Shown here: in pieces, positions 38,203 through 47,111 of the stretch
Layout: every line of letters begins with the position of its first letter
Position numbering within the stretch: the stretch's first letter is position 1
From: Pyrinomonadaceae bacterium
GTDB lineage: Bacteria; Acidobacteriota; Blastocatellia; Pyrinomonadales; Pyrinomonadaceae
Assembly: GCA_036403295.1 (NCBI GenBank)
Contig: DASWRG010000058.1
Location: 27,815-91,814, forward strand
DNA: 64,000 nt
Direction: 5' to 3'
Position numbers and translations under genes: made by a program
The notes under the pieces: generated by a model
Told to the model about the DNA's origin: nothing
Seen by the model: the letters and a program-made list of their open reading frames with translations, nothing else
The model's database searches: none

Positions 38203-38766
38203 TTACTTGTTTCTGGCAGCAAACAGTTTGGCAATGCTGTATCGAAAGCCGGGCACTACGTCCTGTCCATCGAGCGCATCGGTTTCTGTCAGCGTGACCG
38301 CTTCAATTCCTGCGCGATGAACGGTGACAGTGCGACGCTTCGGATAGACCATCCAGACCATGCGAACGCCTGCCGCGAAGTACTCTCTGATTTTCTCTTC
38401 CATCTCGCGGCGACTATTGCCGGGCGAGATTACTTCAACCGCCAGGTCAGGGCCGCCCGGCCAATACGCAACGGGAATGCCTGTCTCAGGAATTCGCTCA
38501 TTGCTGATGAACGCGAAGTCAGGCGCAAGCACGGTGTCAGGGTTGCTCGCCAGCTTGAAGCCCGTCTCTGCGCCAAAGGTCACACCAAGATCATGTGCCT
38601 CGACGTGACTTCCAAGTGCGATGGTCAATCTGGCGACGAGCATGCCGTGCTCGCTTCCCGGCGGTGACATCTTTCTTAATTCTCCCTTCACGAGTTCATA
38701 GAGAAAGCCGTCCTCCGGCATCACGAAAAGCTCGTCAGCCGTCATCGTTTGAACTGTCGTGCTCAT
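38203..38766 (-). CDS. Uma2-family (DUF820) putative restriction-endonuclease-fold protein
   Basis: YELVKGEL..MSP....H......L...L.........ETGF...........PD.AF......P.....PDLAVEV.SP.. is the characteristic Uma2 pattern. Confidence 0.8.
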   Translation of the reverse strand: MSTTVQTMTADELFVMPEDGFLYELVKGELRKMSPPGSEHGMLVARLTIALGSHVEAHDLGVTFGAETGFKLASNPDTVLAPDFAFISNERIPETGIPVAYWPGGPDLAVEVISPGNSRREMEEKIREYFAAGVRMVWMVYPKRRTVTVHRAGIEAVTLTETDALDGQDVVPGFRYSIAKLFAARNK

Positions 38767-38792
38767 GGCATGCCTCCCTTCAATCAGGTCAA

Positions 38793-40004
38793 TCAGGCGA
38801 GCGGAGTGGCCGCCGCTTCTTCGGGTTGTGGCTCAAGCTTGAGCGATTCTTTCAAAGCCTCTATCGCAACTTCCAACTGCTGATCGTCAGGCTCTTTGGT
38901 CGTGATGTTTTGCAGCCAGACGCCCGGCAGCGTAATCAGTTTGAAAATAAAGCCGCCCTCTTTTTTCGCGGAGAGGCGAATGATCTCATACGAGACTCCG
39001 GCGACGAGCGGAATCAGAGCGATTCGCACGAGCATATTGTAGATGAGCGAATCGAACTTGATGATCGAAAAGAGCACGATTGAAACCAGCATCACGACCA
39101 TCAGAAAACTCGTCCCGCAACGCGGATGCTGGCGCGGCTGCGGGCGCGCGTTCTCGACCGTCAAAGGCAAGCCCGCTTCCCAGGTGAAGACGGTCTTGTG
39201 CTCCGCGCCGTGATATTCAAAGACGCGCCGGATGTCCTTCAAAAGCGAGAAGCTGAAGATCATAATCAGAAAGAACGACATGCGTATCAAGCCGTCAATC
39301 AGATTAAAAGAGACTGACGGACGCACGGGGCGCAAATAAGTGCGGACGCTTTTCCATGTGCGCGCGTACCAGGCTTCATCAACCGCCGGAACATTCTTGA
39401 CAGCATTGCTTTCATCCGTCGCTGTTGCGGCGCGCGACCCTGTTTGCTGTTGCGCGCTCGCGGCCTCAGTCGGCGTGTTGGCCCACCCTGCGGCGATGAA
39501 GATCGCGTTCGTCAAGAGGAGCGGCGCGACGATGAAGAGCAGCACGTTGAAAAAGAGCGCGAAGACGATAGAGCCTGCGGCGGCTGACGTGCCGCCCTTT
39601 TTCATCTCGTCTCTGGCGCGTCTTTCGGTCGGAATCGGAATCAGGCCGGGCACGGCTCCGGTGATGCCCGCGAAGTCTCCTTCGCCTTCGATGACGGCGG
39701 GCGTCAAAGCGACTTGAACCTCTTTCTCTGTGGCCTGCTCCGTGTCGGCGAAGGCTTCGTTGGCCGAAAAGTTCAGAGCCTTGATGCCGAGTCCCATTGA
39801 TTGCACGAGCACAGCACCGCCGCGCAAGATCGGCAGCTTCAAAAGCGGATGCTTGTCGCTCCATTTCGGCAGCGCGGCGGCGGTGTTGACAATCGTGCCA
39901 TCGGCTTTGCGCACGGCGATGGCGTAAGCGTTCGGCGTTCGCATCATCACGCCCTCGATGACGGCTTGCCCGCCGACGATCAAATCTCTTTCATTAGTGC
40001 TCAC
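38793..40004 (-). CDS. DUF1385 (YqhQ-like) membrane protein
   Basis: The N-terminal [15 protein letters not shown] and C-terminal YHGAEHK motifs are present. It lies between rpmE and prfA, as in many bacteria. Confidence 0.8.
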   Translation of the reverse strand: MSTNERDLIVGGQAVIEGVMMRTPNAYAIAVRKADGTIVNTAAALPKWSDKHPLLKLPILRGGAVLVQSMGLGIKALNFSANEAFADTEQATEKEVQVALTPAVIEGEGDFAGITGAVPGLIPIPTERRARDEMKKGGTSAAAGSIVFALFFNVLLFIVAPLLLTNAIFIAAGWANTPTEAASAQQQTGSRAATATDESNAVKNVPAVDEAWYARTWKSVRTYLRPVRPSVSFNLIDGLIRMSFFLIMIFSFSLLKDIRRVFEYHGAEHKTVFTWEAGLPLTVENARPQPRQHPRCGTSFLMVVMLVSIVLFSIIKFDSLIYNMLVRIALIPLVAGVSYEIIRLSAKKEGGFIFKLITLPGVWLQNITTKEPDDQQLEVAIEALKESLKLEPQPEEAAATPLA

Positions 40005-40197
40005 GGTTTTGAATTCCTTTACATGAAAGTGCTGCTTGAATAGAGCAACGCCGACCTCTGTGTCGGTCGCCCCCTCGTTTAATCATACACGAAGAGCGAC
40101 CGGACGTGAGCGTCGGCGTTCAGGTTTGGTTGATGCTAATGTTGCGGCGCGTTCAAATACATTTGCGTTGTATTGCGCTCGTTCGATTTCGCTAACT

Positions 40198-40443
40198 TTA
40201 CTGCGCGGGCGCAGCTTCCGTCGCAGGCTCGGCTTCGGCCTGTTTCTTGGCGTAGCGTTTGTTGAAACGGTCGACGCGTCCAGCCGTGTCTACGAGCTTT
40301 TGCTTGCCCGTAAAGAACGGGTGGCACGCCGAGCAGATTTCCACATGCAGCTCGTCTTTACGCGTCGAGCGCGTCGTAAAAGTCTCGCCGCAGGCGCACT
40401 GCACTTTGATTTCGTGATATTCGGGATGGATTCCTTGCTTCAT
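40198..40443 (-). CDS. rpmE: 50S ribosomal protein L31 (Zn-ribbon type)
   Basis: [27 protein letters not shown]...[16 protein letters not shown] 40443 is preferred over the longer ORF. Confidence 0.95.
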   Translation of the reverse strand: MKQGIHPEYHEIKVQCACGETFTTRSTRKDELHVEICSACHPFFTGKQKLVDTAGRVDRFNKRYAKKQAEAEPATEAAPAQ

Positions 40444-40732
40444 GATTCCTTTTGCTTCCTTCTGGTCTATAGACGACAATCTGCGTCTCACTTGAAACAA
40501 TCTATGATACGTTTTCAAGCGTCGCAGAGTCAAGTTTGATGCGCCTTTGAAGCCTGACGCTGCTACATTTTTGAAGTTGTTGACAAGCGCGCAAAACGCA
40601 TGTTACAACGCACGTGGCCGTCCTTTCGTACTTTTGCATTTAGACAAACAGGGAAACTTCTCTGCGCGGTGGCGGTCTGTCAAAACCGCGCGCGCAGGGT
40701 TTCGGGCAGGGTGTAAGCGCAAAGACCTTTAG

Positions 40733-41869
40733 ATGGCAGACGAAACCAAAGAGCCGCAGTCGCCTCCTCCTTCGACTGACGAGAGCGCGAGCGATGAGCC
40801 GCGCGCTCCCGCACGCCCACGCACAGACGACAAAAGCCCCAGCCCCGGCTTTGAGAGCAAAGACGCGGGCGACCTTCCCGCACCGACGACAGACGCTCCG
40901 CCGCCGACTTCCGAAAGTCAGGCTGCTCTGACGGGCAAAGCTCCTTCGGGCAGCTCCGCGAGCGGCACGACCGTTCCGGCTTCGTCCGGCGACCCGTCAA
41001 AAAATCAGACTCCAACGGTTGAAAGTACAGCAGCGCAGCCGCCCGGCGGCGCGTCGCCTGCGGTTGGCGACCCGCTCAAGCAGCCTTCACAGTCCGACGC
41101 AGAGAAGGCCGCGAAGATTGCCGAAGCAAAGGCGCGCGCCGCAGCCGCCAAGCAGGCCGCAGGCGACAAGCTCGCTCCCGCGCAACCCACAGCAGCCGCG
41201 CCGAAAGCTCCCGTCAAGAAAAAAGACGAAGGACCGAAGCCGACTGATGCCGCGACGCATCCACTCGTCGAAAAGCTGCGCCAGCATTTCGCGGAGGCGA
41301 TCATCGAAGCGTCAGAGTTCATCGGTCAGCTTTCAGTTCGCGTCGCGCCGTCGAGCATCGTCGCCGTCTGCAACTTTTTACGACGTGACGCCAAGACGCC
41401 CTTCAATTATCTGGCGGACGTGACCTGCGTGCATTTCCCCGACCGCGCCGACGCGCCCTTCGAGATGATCTACAATCTTTATTCAATCAGCGCGAACGAG
41501 CGCGTACGTTTGAAGGCGGCGGTCAGTGAAGACGAAGGCATCGAGAGCGTGACGGGCGTGTGGCCTGCCGCAAACTGGATGGAGCGCGAGGTTTACGATC
41601 TCTTCGGCGTCACGTTTCACAATCACCCGGACTTGCGCCGCATCCTTTTGCCGCCCGACTGGGAAGGCCATCCGCTTCGCAAAGAATATCCGCTCGAATT
41701 CATGGAGAACAACTGGACGACCACGCACTTGCCGGAGTTCACCGAAGTCCAACGCGAGCAGCTTGAGCAACGCCGCGCTTATGGTTTAGAGGTTCTCTCC
41801 ATGCCCGAAGAGCGAAAAGTGCGCGAGATTTTCCGCGCAGGCAAAGAAGTGATGCCGAAGGATAAATGA
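40733..41869 (+). CDS. nuoC: NADH-quinone oxidoreductase subunit C with a ~175-aa Pro/Ala/Ser-rich N-terminal extension
   Basis: The C-terminal ~200 aa are a typical NuoC (ANWMEREVYDLFGVTFHNHPDLRRIL). The N-terminal part is low complexity, and no alternative in-frame ATG/GTG/TTG lies near the domain start. Confidence 0.85.
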   Translation: MADETKEPQSPPPSTDESASDEPRAPARPRTDDKSPSPGFESKDAGDLPAPTTDAPPPTSESQAALTGKAPSGSSASGTTVPASSGDPSKNQTPTVESTAAQPPGGASPAVGDPLKQPSQSDAEKAAKIAEAKARAAAAKQAAGDKLAPAQPTAAAPKAPVKKKDEGPKPTDAATHPLVEKLRQHFAEAIIEASEFIGQLSVRVAPSSIVAVCNFLRRDAKTPFNYLADVTCVHFPDRADAPFEMIYNLYSISANERVRLKAAVSEDEGIESVTGVWPAANWMEREVYDLFGVTFHNHPDLRRILLPPDWEGHPLRKEYPLEFMENNWTTTHLPEFTEVQREQLEQRRAYGLEVLSMPEERKVREIFRAGKEVMPKDK

Positions 41870-41870
41870 A

Positions 41871-41952
41871 GGAGTCAGAACACAGGACTCAGGAGTCAGA
41901 ATAAAAACAGCTTGCCTTTCATTCTGAGTCCTGAATCCTGAGTCCTGAATTC
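41871..41952. repeat. Tandem-unit hairpin element, GAGTCCT/CAGGACT family
   Basis: ggagtcagaacacaggactcaggagtcagaat ... attctgagtcctgaatcctgagtcctgaattc. Confidence 0.8.
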
Positions 41953-41958
41953 TATTTT

Positions 41959-42216
41959 ATGACTCCGAAAGAGTTGGCAACACATTACGGAGCGAAAGTT
42001 TTCGAGACGAACGAGGCGGCTGCGGCTGCGGGCTTCGTCGTGACGGAAACGATGACCCCGCGCAATATTTGGAACAAGGCGAGCGCGGCGCAGGCCATCA
42101 TCTATAAGTTGCTGGCGAAGAAGAGAAGCGGCGAAGCGCAGGAGATCGGTTTCGTGCTCGGAAATCACGACATCTCCGGTTGCTATCTTCCAACATCAGC
42201 CGAAGCTGAGACATGA
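41959..42216 (+). CDS. Hypothetical 85-aa protein inserted between nuoC and nuoD
   Basis: The ORF has a third-position G/C bias like neighbouring genes and is bracketed by two hairpin elements. I recognise no family. Confidence 0.45.
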   Translation: MTPKELATHYGAKVFETNEAAAAAGFVVTETMTPRNIWNKASAAQAIIYKLLAKKRSGEAQEIGFVLGNHDISGCYLPTSAEAET

Positions 42217-42248
42217 AATCTGAGATTTCAAATCTCAAATCTGAAATC
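42215..42248. repeat. Tandem-unit hairpin element, AAATCTS family
   Basis: gaaatctgagatttcaaatctcaaatctgaaatc contains nested GAAATC/GATTTC and GATTTCA/TGAAATC stems. Confidence 0.7.
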
Positions 42249-42253
42249 CGTTT

Positions 42254-43387
42254 ATGCATCAAGTAGAAATCGCCACCACGCGTGAGACGCTGCTCGACAG
42301 CCCCGAAATGGTCTTGAACATGGGGCCGCAGCACCCCTCAACACATGGAGTGTTGCGCGTCATCCTGCGCCTCGACGGCGAGACGGTGATTGATCTGGAT
42401 TGCGACATCGGCTTTCTGCATCGAGGGATGGAGAAGATTGCGGAGAGTCGCCAGTATCCGATGATCGCGCCTTACTGGGACAGGCTCGATTACATCGCGG
42501 CGGTCTCGAACGGCCTCGTCTGGGTCGAGACGGTCGAGCAGATGATGGGCCTGGACGTTCCGCCGCGCGCTCATTACCTCCGCACGATCTTGACGGAGCT
42601 GAATCGCATCGCCTCGCACCTGCTCTGGCTCGCCACGCACGGCCTCGACATAGGCTCTTTCACAGTCTTGTTGTGGGCCTTGAGAGAGCGCGAGGAGATT
42701 CTGAAAATTTTCGAGCGACAGTTCGGCGCGCGCCTCACTTGTCACGCGTGGCGCATCGGCGGAATGCCGAACGACGCTTACGACGGCTTTCAAAAAGACG
42801 TGCAGCAGTTCGTCAACAATTTTCCGAAACGGATAGACGAGTACGAGACTCTGCTTTCGGAGAATCGCATCTGGCTCGGACGCACGGTTGGAGTCGGCGT
42901 CATCTCCGCCGAAGACGCGATTGCCATCGGGCTTTCCGGCCCGGCCTTGCGCGGCTCTGGCGTCGCGTGGGACATACGCAAGACGCGTCCGTATGCCGCC
43001 TATGCCGATATGGATTTCGACATTCCGGTCGGTGAGAACGGCGACACCTATGATCGTTACCTCGTGCGCCTCGAAGAGATGAAGCAGTCGCGTCGCATTA
43101 TTCAGCAGGGGATTGATAAGCTGCCGGACGGCCCCGTCAACGCCAAAGTCCCGAAGATTATCAAGCCGCCCGCAGGCGATTATTATCATTCCATCGAAGG
43201 ACCGAAGGGCGAAATCGGTTGTTACCTGGTCTCGGACGGCACGGCCAGCCCCGCGCGCGTCCGCGTGAGGCCGCCATGCTTCATCAACTTGCAGGCTCTG
43301 AGGCAGATGTGCCTCGGCCACCTGGTCGCGGATGTCGTGGCGATTATCGGAACGCTCGACATCGTGCTTGGTGAAATTGATAGATAG
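42254..43387 (+). CDS. nuoD: NADH-quinone oxidoreductase subunit D
   Basis: [14 protein letters not shown]...[12 protein letters not shown]...[10 protein letters not shown]. Confidence 0.95.
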   Translation: MHQVEIATTRETLLDSPEMVLNMGPQHPSTHGVLRVILRLDGETVIDLDCDIGFLHRGMEKIAESRQYPMIAPYWDRLDYIAAVSNGLVWVETVEQMMGLDVPPRAHYLRTILTELNRIASHLLWLATHGLDIGSFTVLLWALREREEILKIFERQFGARLTCHAWRIGGMPNDAYDGFQKDVQQFVNNFPKRIDEYETLLSENRIWLGRTVGVGVISAEDAIAIGLSGPALRGSGVAWDIRKTRPYAAYADMDFDIPVGENGDTYDRYLVRLEEMKQSRRIIQQGIDKLPDGPVNAKVPKIIKPPAGDYYHSIEGPKGEIGCYLVSDGTASPARVRVRPPCFINLQALRQMCLGHLVADVVAIIGTLDIVLGEIDR

Positions 43388-43473
43388 TTTTCAGTTTTCA
43401 GTTTTTAGTTTTTAGTTCTTAGTTCGCGGCTCGATAGTTCTTTCTGAAAACTGGAAACTAAAAACTGAAAACT
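43386..43473. repeat. Tandem-unit hairpin element, AGTTTTY family (copy 2 of 4)
   Basis: agttttcagttttcagtttttagtttttagttcttagttcg ... ctgaaaactggaaactaaaaactgaaaact. It overlaps the nuoD stop and abuts the next ATG. Confidence 0.9.
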
Positions 43474-43932
43474 ATGAAAGTCGTTCATCTCAAAATCCAG
43501 CCGATGACGCGCGAGGCGTTTGCGCCGTATGGAATTTTGATTGACAGTCGCGGTTCGGTGGAGATTGATTTAGGGAAGGGCGCTCCGAGCTTGACGGGCG
43601 CGACCTCAGAGCGCAGGCCGTTCGGCTTTGAGTTTATGGCGCGGCACAGGCTAACGATGCAGGTCTTTTCGCCGCTCGCTTCGTCGGAATCAATCATCGC
43701 CGTCGCTCCGCCGAACGAGTTGGACGCGCCTGAGATTGAACGGATCGCGGCGTTTCATGTGAGCGGGCGACTTCCTTACGCGTATCACAAGGGGACTTGG
43801 CACACGCCGCCGTTTCCGGTTCAAGATTGGTCTTCGTATCTGGTGGTGGACAGGAGCGGGACGCTCGACGACGATTGGGAATTGGTTGACCTCAGGGTCA
43901 CGCATCAGACCGTGTTCGAGATCGATTTTTAA
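43474..43932 (+). CDS. Ureidoglycolate lyase (AllA)-like cupin protein embedded in the nuo operon
   Basis: Hand alignment to E. coli AllA pairs IQPMTREAFAPYGILID with LPLSQEAFSAYGDVIE, ARHRLTMQVFSPL with ERHPLGTQAFIPM, YHKGTWHTPPF with YHRNVWHHPLF, and VVDRSG with TIDRGG. Confidence 0.7.
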   Translation: MKVVHLKIQPMTREAFAPYGILIDSRGSVEIDLGKGAPSLTGATSERRPFGFEFMARHRLTMQVFSPLASSESIIAVAPPNELDAPEIERIAAFHVSGRLPYAYHKGTWHTPPFPVQDWSSYLVVDRSGTLDDDWELVDLRVTHQTVFEIDF

Positions 43933-43948
43933 GCAGAGATAAAAAAGG

Positions 43949-45322
43949 ATGCTCGCACTCTTTGCGCCAAATTTTATAGACAGCCTCTTGCTGAAGTGGT
44001 TCAGTCAGGAGACGATCAACTACTTCATCTGGCCTTTCATACAGATCGGCGCGGTCGTCACCGGAGTCGCGTTCTGGGCTTTGTATGCGACCTATGCCGA
44101 GCGGAAGATTTCCGCTTTCATGCAGGCTCGTCTGGGTCCGATGCGTGTCGGCAAGTGGGGCTTGTTGCAGCCGATTGCGGACGCCATCAAGCTCTTGACG
44201 AAAGAGGACGTGCTGCCGGATAAAGCAGACCCGTATATCTTCAAGTTTGCGCCGTACATCTCTGTCGCCGCCGCCTTCATCGTCTTCGCCGTGATTCCGT
44301 TTGCGCCGAGTTGGGGCGTGATTACGGACGTGAATATCGGCCTGCTGTTAGTGCTCTCGATTTCGAGCATCGGTGTGCTCGCGTTGATTCTGGCGGGCTG
44401 GTCATCGAACTCGAAATATTCACTGATGGGCGGCCTGCGTTCTTCGGCGCAGATGGTTTCGTATGAAGTGGCGATGGGCTTGTCGCTCATCGGCGCGCTG
44501 ATGTTCGCGCGGACGCTAAGCTTGTCAGGCATCGTCAACGCACAGGCGGTTGACGGACCTCTGCCTTATATCTTTTATCAACCGCTCGCCTTTATCACTT
44601 TTTTGATTAGCGGTATCGCGGAGAACAATCGCGCGCCGTTCGATTTGCCGGAAGCGGAGTCGGAATTGGTCGCGGGCTTTCACACTGAATATTCGGGGAT
44701 GCGTTGGTCGCTCTTCTTCATGGCTGAGTACGCGGCGATGGTCGTCGTCGCGGCGGTGGCGACGGCTGTGTTTTTGGGCGGGTGGTACGTGCCGTTCATT
44801 TATCGTTGGACGGAAGCTTACCATCAGGCGGCTCTGATGAACGGAAATCCCGACGGAGCGCAACTCTATCACGGCCTTTACGTCATCATCTGCCTCATCG
44901 CTTTTCTGGTGAAGATGGCGGTATTGCTGTACGTCTATTTCTGGCTGCGTTGGACGTTTCCGCGTTATCGTTACGATCAGTTGATGGATTTGGGGTGGAA
45001 GTGGCTGATTCCGGCTGCGCTGACGAATATCGTGTGGACTGCCCTCTCGATTTTCACAGTGCAGGCGCTCGACGGTTGGCGCGGGATGAAGACTATCGAA
45101 TCGGTCTCGCAGGGATTAAACTTAACGCCGAGCGGGAAAGCCATCATGGTCGCCTTCGGTTTTCTCGGATTGCTCGTCACAGCCGGAGTGCTCTCGACGA
45201 TTAACTGGCGTTCGCGCGATTTCAATTTGAAAGGGCAGCGTCGAAACATTCGCCTTGTAAAAGACGTGCCCAAAGGCAAGCCTGCGGTCGCGCCCGCGAG
45301 CACGGCCACGCAGGAATCATAA
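43949..45322 (+). CDS. nuoH: NADH-quinone oxidoreductase subunit H (long form, ~100 extra C-terminal residues)
   Basis: AERKISAFMQARLGPMRVG..GLLQPIADAIKL and AENNRAPFDLPEAESELVAGFHTEYSG. Confidence 0.95.
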   Translation: MLALFAPNFIDSLLLKWFSQETINYFIWPFIQIGAVVTGVAFWALYATYAERKISAFMQARLGPMRVGKWGLLQPIADAIKLLTKEDVLPDKADPYIFKFAPYISVAAAFIVFAVIPFAPSWGVITDVNIGLLLVLSISSIGVLALILAGWSSNSKYSLMGGLRSSAQMVSYEVAMGLSLIGALMFARTLSLSGIVNAQAVDGPLPYIFYQPLAFITFLISGIAENNRAPFDLPEAESELVAGFHTEYSGMRWSLFFMAEYAAMVVVAAVATAVFLGGWYVPFIYRWTEAYHQAALMNGNPDGAQLYHGLYVIICLIAFLVKMAVLLYVYFWLRWTFPRYRYDQLMDLGWKWLIPAALTNIVWTALSIFTVQALDGWRGMKTIESVSQGLNLTPSGKAIMVAFGFLGLLVTAGVLSTINWRSRDFNLKGQRRNIRLVKDVPKGKPAVAPASTATQES

Positions 45323-45326
45323 AATC

Positions 45327-45346
45327 AATTTGAGATTTCAGATTTG
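45327..45346. repeat. Solo AAATCTS-type arm; a 20-mer identical to 26973-26992
   Basis: AATTTGAGATTTCAGATTTG occurs at both loci. Confidence 0.7.
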
Positions 45347-45371
45347 GGATTGAAAAGCAGTAGGAGAGTTT

Positions 45372-45905
45372 ATGCCAGCAGTAAATATTCCGCAGCCGAC
45401 GTTTATGGAGAAGGTCAAACGCTTTTTTATGTTTGACTTGTTGAAGGGCCTGGGGTTGACGTTGAAGTACAACATCGGCGCGATTACGGACAAGGATGCG
45501 GTCGCGGGGCGCGGCATCTATACGGAGCAGTATCCGAAGGTGCGACCCGAAGTCGCGCCGCGCTTTCACGGCGCGCCGCGTCTCAACATGGACCCTGAGA
45601 CTCACGATACTCTCTGCATCGCTTGCAACCTCTGCGCGCTCGCCTGTCCAGAAGACTGCATTGATGTCATCCCGATGGACATCGAGATTATGGTCGCGGG
45701 CAAGGCGCGCAAGAAAAAAGTTTTGGACGAGTTTATCTTTGATACCTCTCGCTGCATGTTCTGCGCTCTGTGTCAGGAAGCCTGCCCGACGAACTGTCTG
45801 GAGCTGACGCAGGACTTCGAGCTGGCGACCTACTCGCGCGCGGGCTTTGTCTGGGATCGCGTGATGCTTGAGCAGGGACGCGAGACGGTGAAGTACGAAG
45901 CATAA
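45372..45905 (+). CDS. nuoI: NADH-quinone oxidoreductase subunit I
   Basis: Two 4Fe-4S motifs, CIACNLCALACP and CMFCALCQEACP, with an AGGAGAG RBS. Confidence 0.95.
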   Translation: MPAVNIPQPTFMEKVKRFFMFDLLKGLGLTLKYNIGAITDKDAVAGRGIYTEQYPKVRPEVAPRFHGAPRLNMDPETHDTLCIACNLCALACPEDCIDVIPMDIEIMVAGKARKKKVLDEFIFDTSRCMFCALCQEACPTNCLELTQDFELATYSRAGFVWDRVMLEQGRETVKYEA

Positions 45906-45908
45906 GAG

Positions 45909-45996
45909 CAGTTTTTAGTTTTCAGTTTTTAGTTTTCAGTCGTTCATCTGCGCTGAAACTTTATGGCTGAAAACTAAAAACCGAAAACTGAAAACT
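45909..45996. repeat. Tandem-unit hairpin element, AGTTTTY family (copy 3 of 4)
   Basis: cagtttttagttttcagtttttagttttcag ... gctgaaaactaaaaaccgaaaactgaaaact. It abuts the nuoJ ATG. Confidence 0.9.
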
Positions 45997-46644
45997 ATGG
46001 TTCTGACCGGTTGGGAAGCCGTCTTTTTCTGGATATTTGCGATAGCCGCGTTGGTGGCGGGGTTGTTGACTGTGCTGGCGCGCAACGCCGTGCATAGCGC
46101 GCTGTTTCTGATCTCATCGCTGGTGTCTGTGGCCGCGCTCTTCGTGCTGCTCGGCGCGGAATTCATCGCGGGCGTGCAGGTCTTGGTTTACGTCGGCGGC
46201 GTGATGGTCTTGTTCCTGTTCGTCATCATGCTGGTCAACGTCGGCGCGGAAGAGCGCGGGCGCGAGGAAATCTTCAATCGCACGCCGCAGGTCGTGACGA
46301 GCATCGTTTTCTCGCTGCTGTTGGCGTTGGGTCTGGTCTTTGCCATCAATCAAGGCTTAACCGGACTGCGCAAACGCGATGATGCCTCCATCAGTCAGGC
46401 GGAAAAACTTCGCGCCGCGCAACAGCAGAGCTTGCAGACTTCGGCCACCGGCTCGACGAAGATTACCAGGGACACGGAAAACGTCGGCTCAAGCCTCTAT
46501 CGTTACGGCAGCCTCGCGTTTGAGATCGCCAGCCTCTTGCTGCTCGTCGCCATCATAGGCTCTGTCATGCTCGCGCGCACAGTCAAGCAGGAGGCCGCAG
46601 CAAATGATATTGACCCGGAAAGCTTAGTGATAAGTGATGAGTGA
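45997..46644 (+). CDS. nuoJ: NADH-quinone oxidoreductase subunit J
   Basis: It has the typical NuoJ TM pattern (NAVHSALFLI...GAEFIAGVQVLVYVGGVMVLFLFVIML). The last codons (VISDE*) lie inside a hairpin arm. Confidence 0.9.
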   Translation: MVLTGWEAVFFWIFAIAALVAGLLTVLARNAVHSALFLISSLVSVAALFVLLGAEFIAGVQVLVYVGGVMVLFLFVIMLVNVGAEERGREEIFNRTPQVVTSIVFSLLLALGLVFAINQGLTGLRKRDDASISQAEKLRAAQQQSLQTSATGSTKITRDTENVGSSLYRYGSLAFEIASLLLLVAIIGSVMLARTVKQEAAANDIDPESLVISDE

Positions 46645-46698
46645 TAAATGATAAGAGACAAGCTATTCGGATTTTCTTATCACTCATCACCTGTCACT
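46626..46698. repeat. Tandem-unit hairpin element, GTGATGA family
   Basis: agtgataagtgatgagtgataaatgataagagacaagct ... cttatcactcatcacctgtcact. It shares AGAGACAAGCT with the element at 37021. Confidence 0.8.
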
Positions 46699-46709
46699 AA
46701 AAAAAACTT

Positions 46710-47108
46710 ATGAATGCAATTTATCCCGGTATGATTTTGTGGTGGCAGGAAGCGGGCAAGTGGGCGCAGGTGTGGGATAACATGAAGCAGCCGGACTTGT
46801 CGAAGTTTCTGGTCATCGGCGCGCTGCTTTTTATCATCGGCGTGGCGGGCGTGCTCACCAGGCGCAACATCATCGTCATCTTCATGTCCATCGAGCTGAT
46901 CTTGAACGCAGCTAACTTGAACTTCATCGCCTTCTCTCGTTACTTGCAGGACACGGGCAAGATGAACGCCATCGCCGGCCAGGTCTTTACGATCTTTATC
47001 ATCGTCGTCGCCGCCGCCGAAGCCGCCATCGGCCTCGGCATCGTCATCGCGCTCTATCGCAATCGGGAAACGATCTGGGTTGATGAGATTGATCTACTGA
47101 AATGGTAA
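46710..47108 (+). CDS. nuoK: NADH-quinone oxidoreductase subunit K
   Basis: [33 protein letters not shown]. The alternative start ATG 46782 (MKQPDLS...) would give the usual ~108 aa. Confidence 0.9.
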   Translation: MNAIYPGMILWWQEAGKWAQVWDNMKQPDLSKFLVIGALLFIIGVAGVLTRRNIIVIFMSIELILNAANLNFIAFSRYLQDTGKMNAIAGQVFTIFIIVVAAAEAAIGLGIVIALYRNRETIWVDEIDLLKW

Positions 47109-47111
47109 AGA

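Noticed and set aside
40036-40732. Plus-strand ORFs 40036-40539 and 40547-40732
   Set aside because: The first overlaps rpmE on the opposite strand. The second lies in the rpmE/nuoC intergenic region with no RBS and a basic low-complexity translation.
42338-43321. 327-aa minus-strand ORF and 211-aa alternative + frame ORF inside nuoD
   Set aside because: They are shadow ORFs; nuoD is unambiguous.
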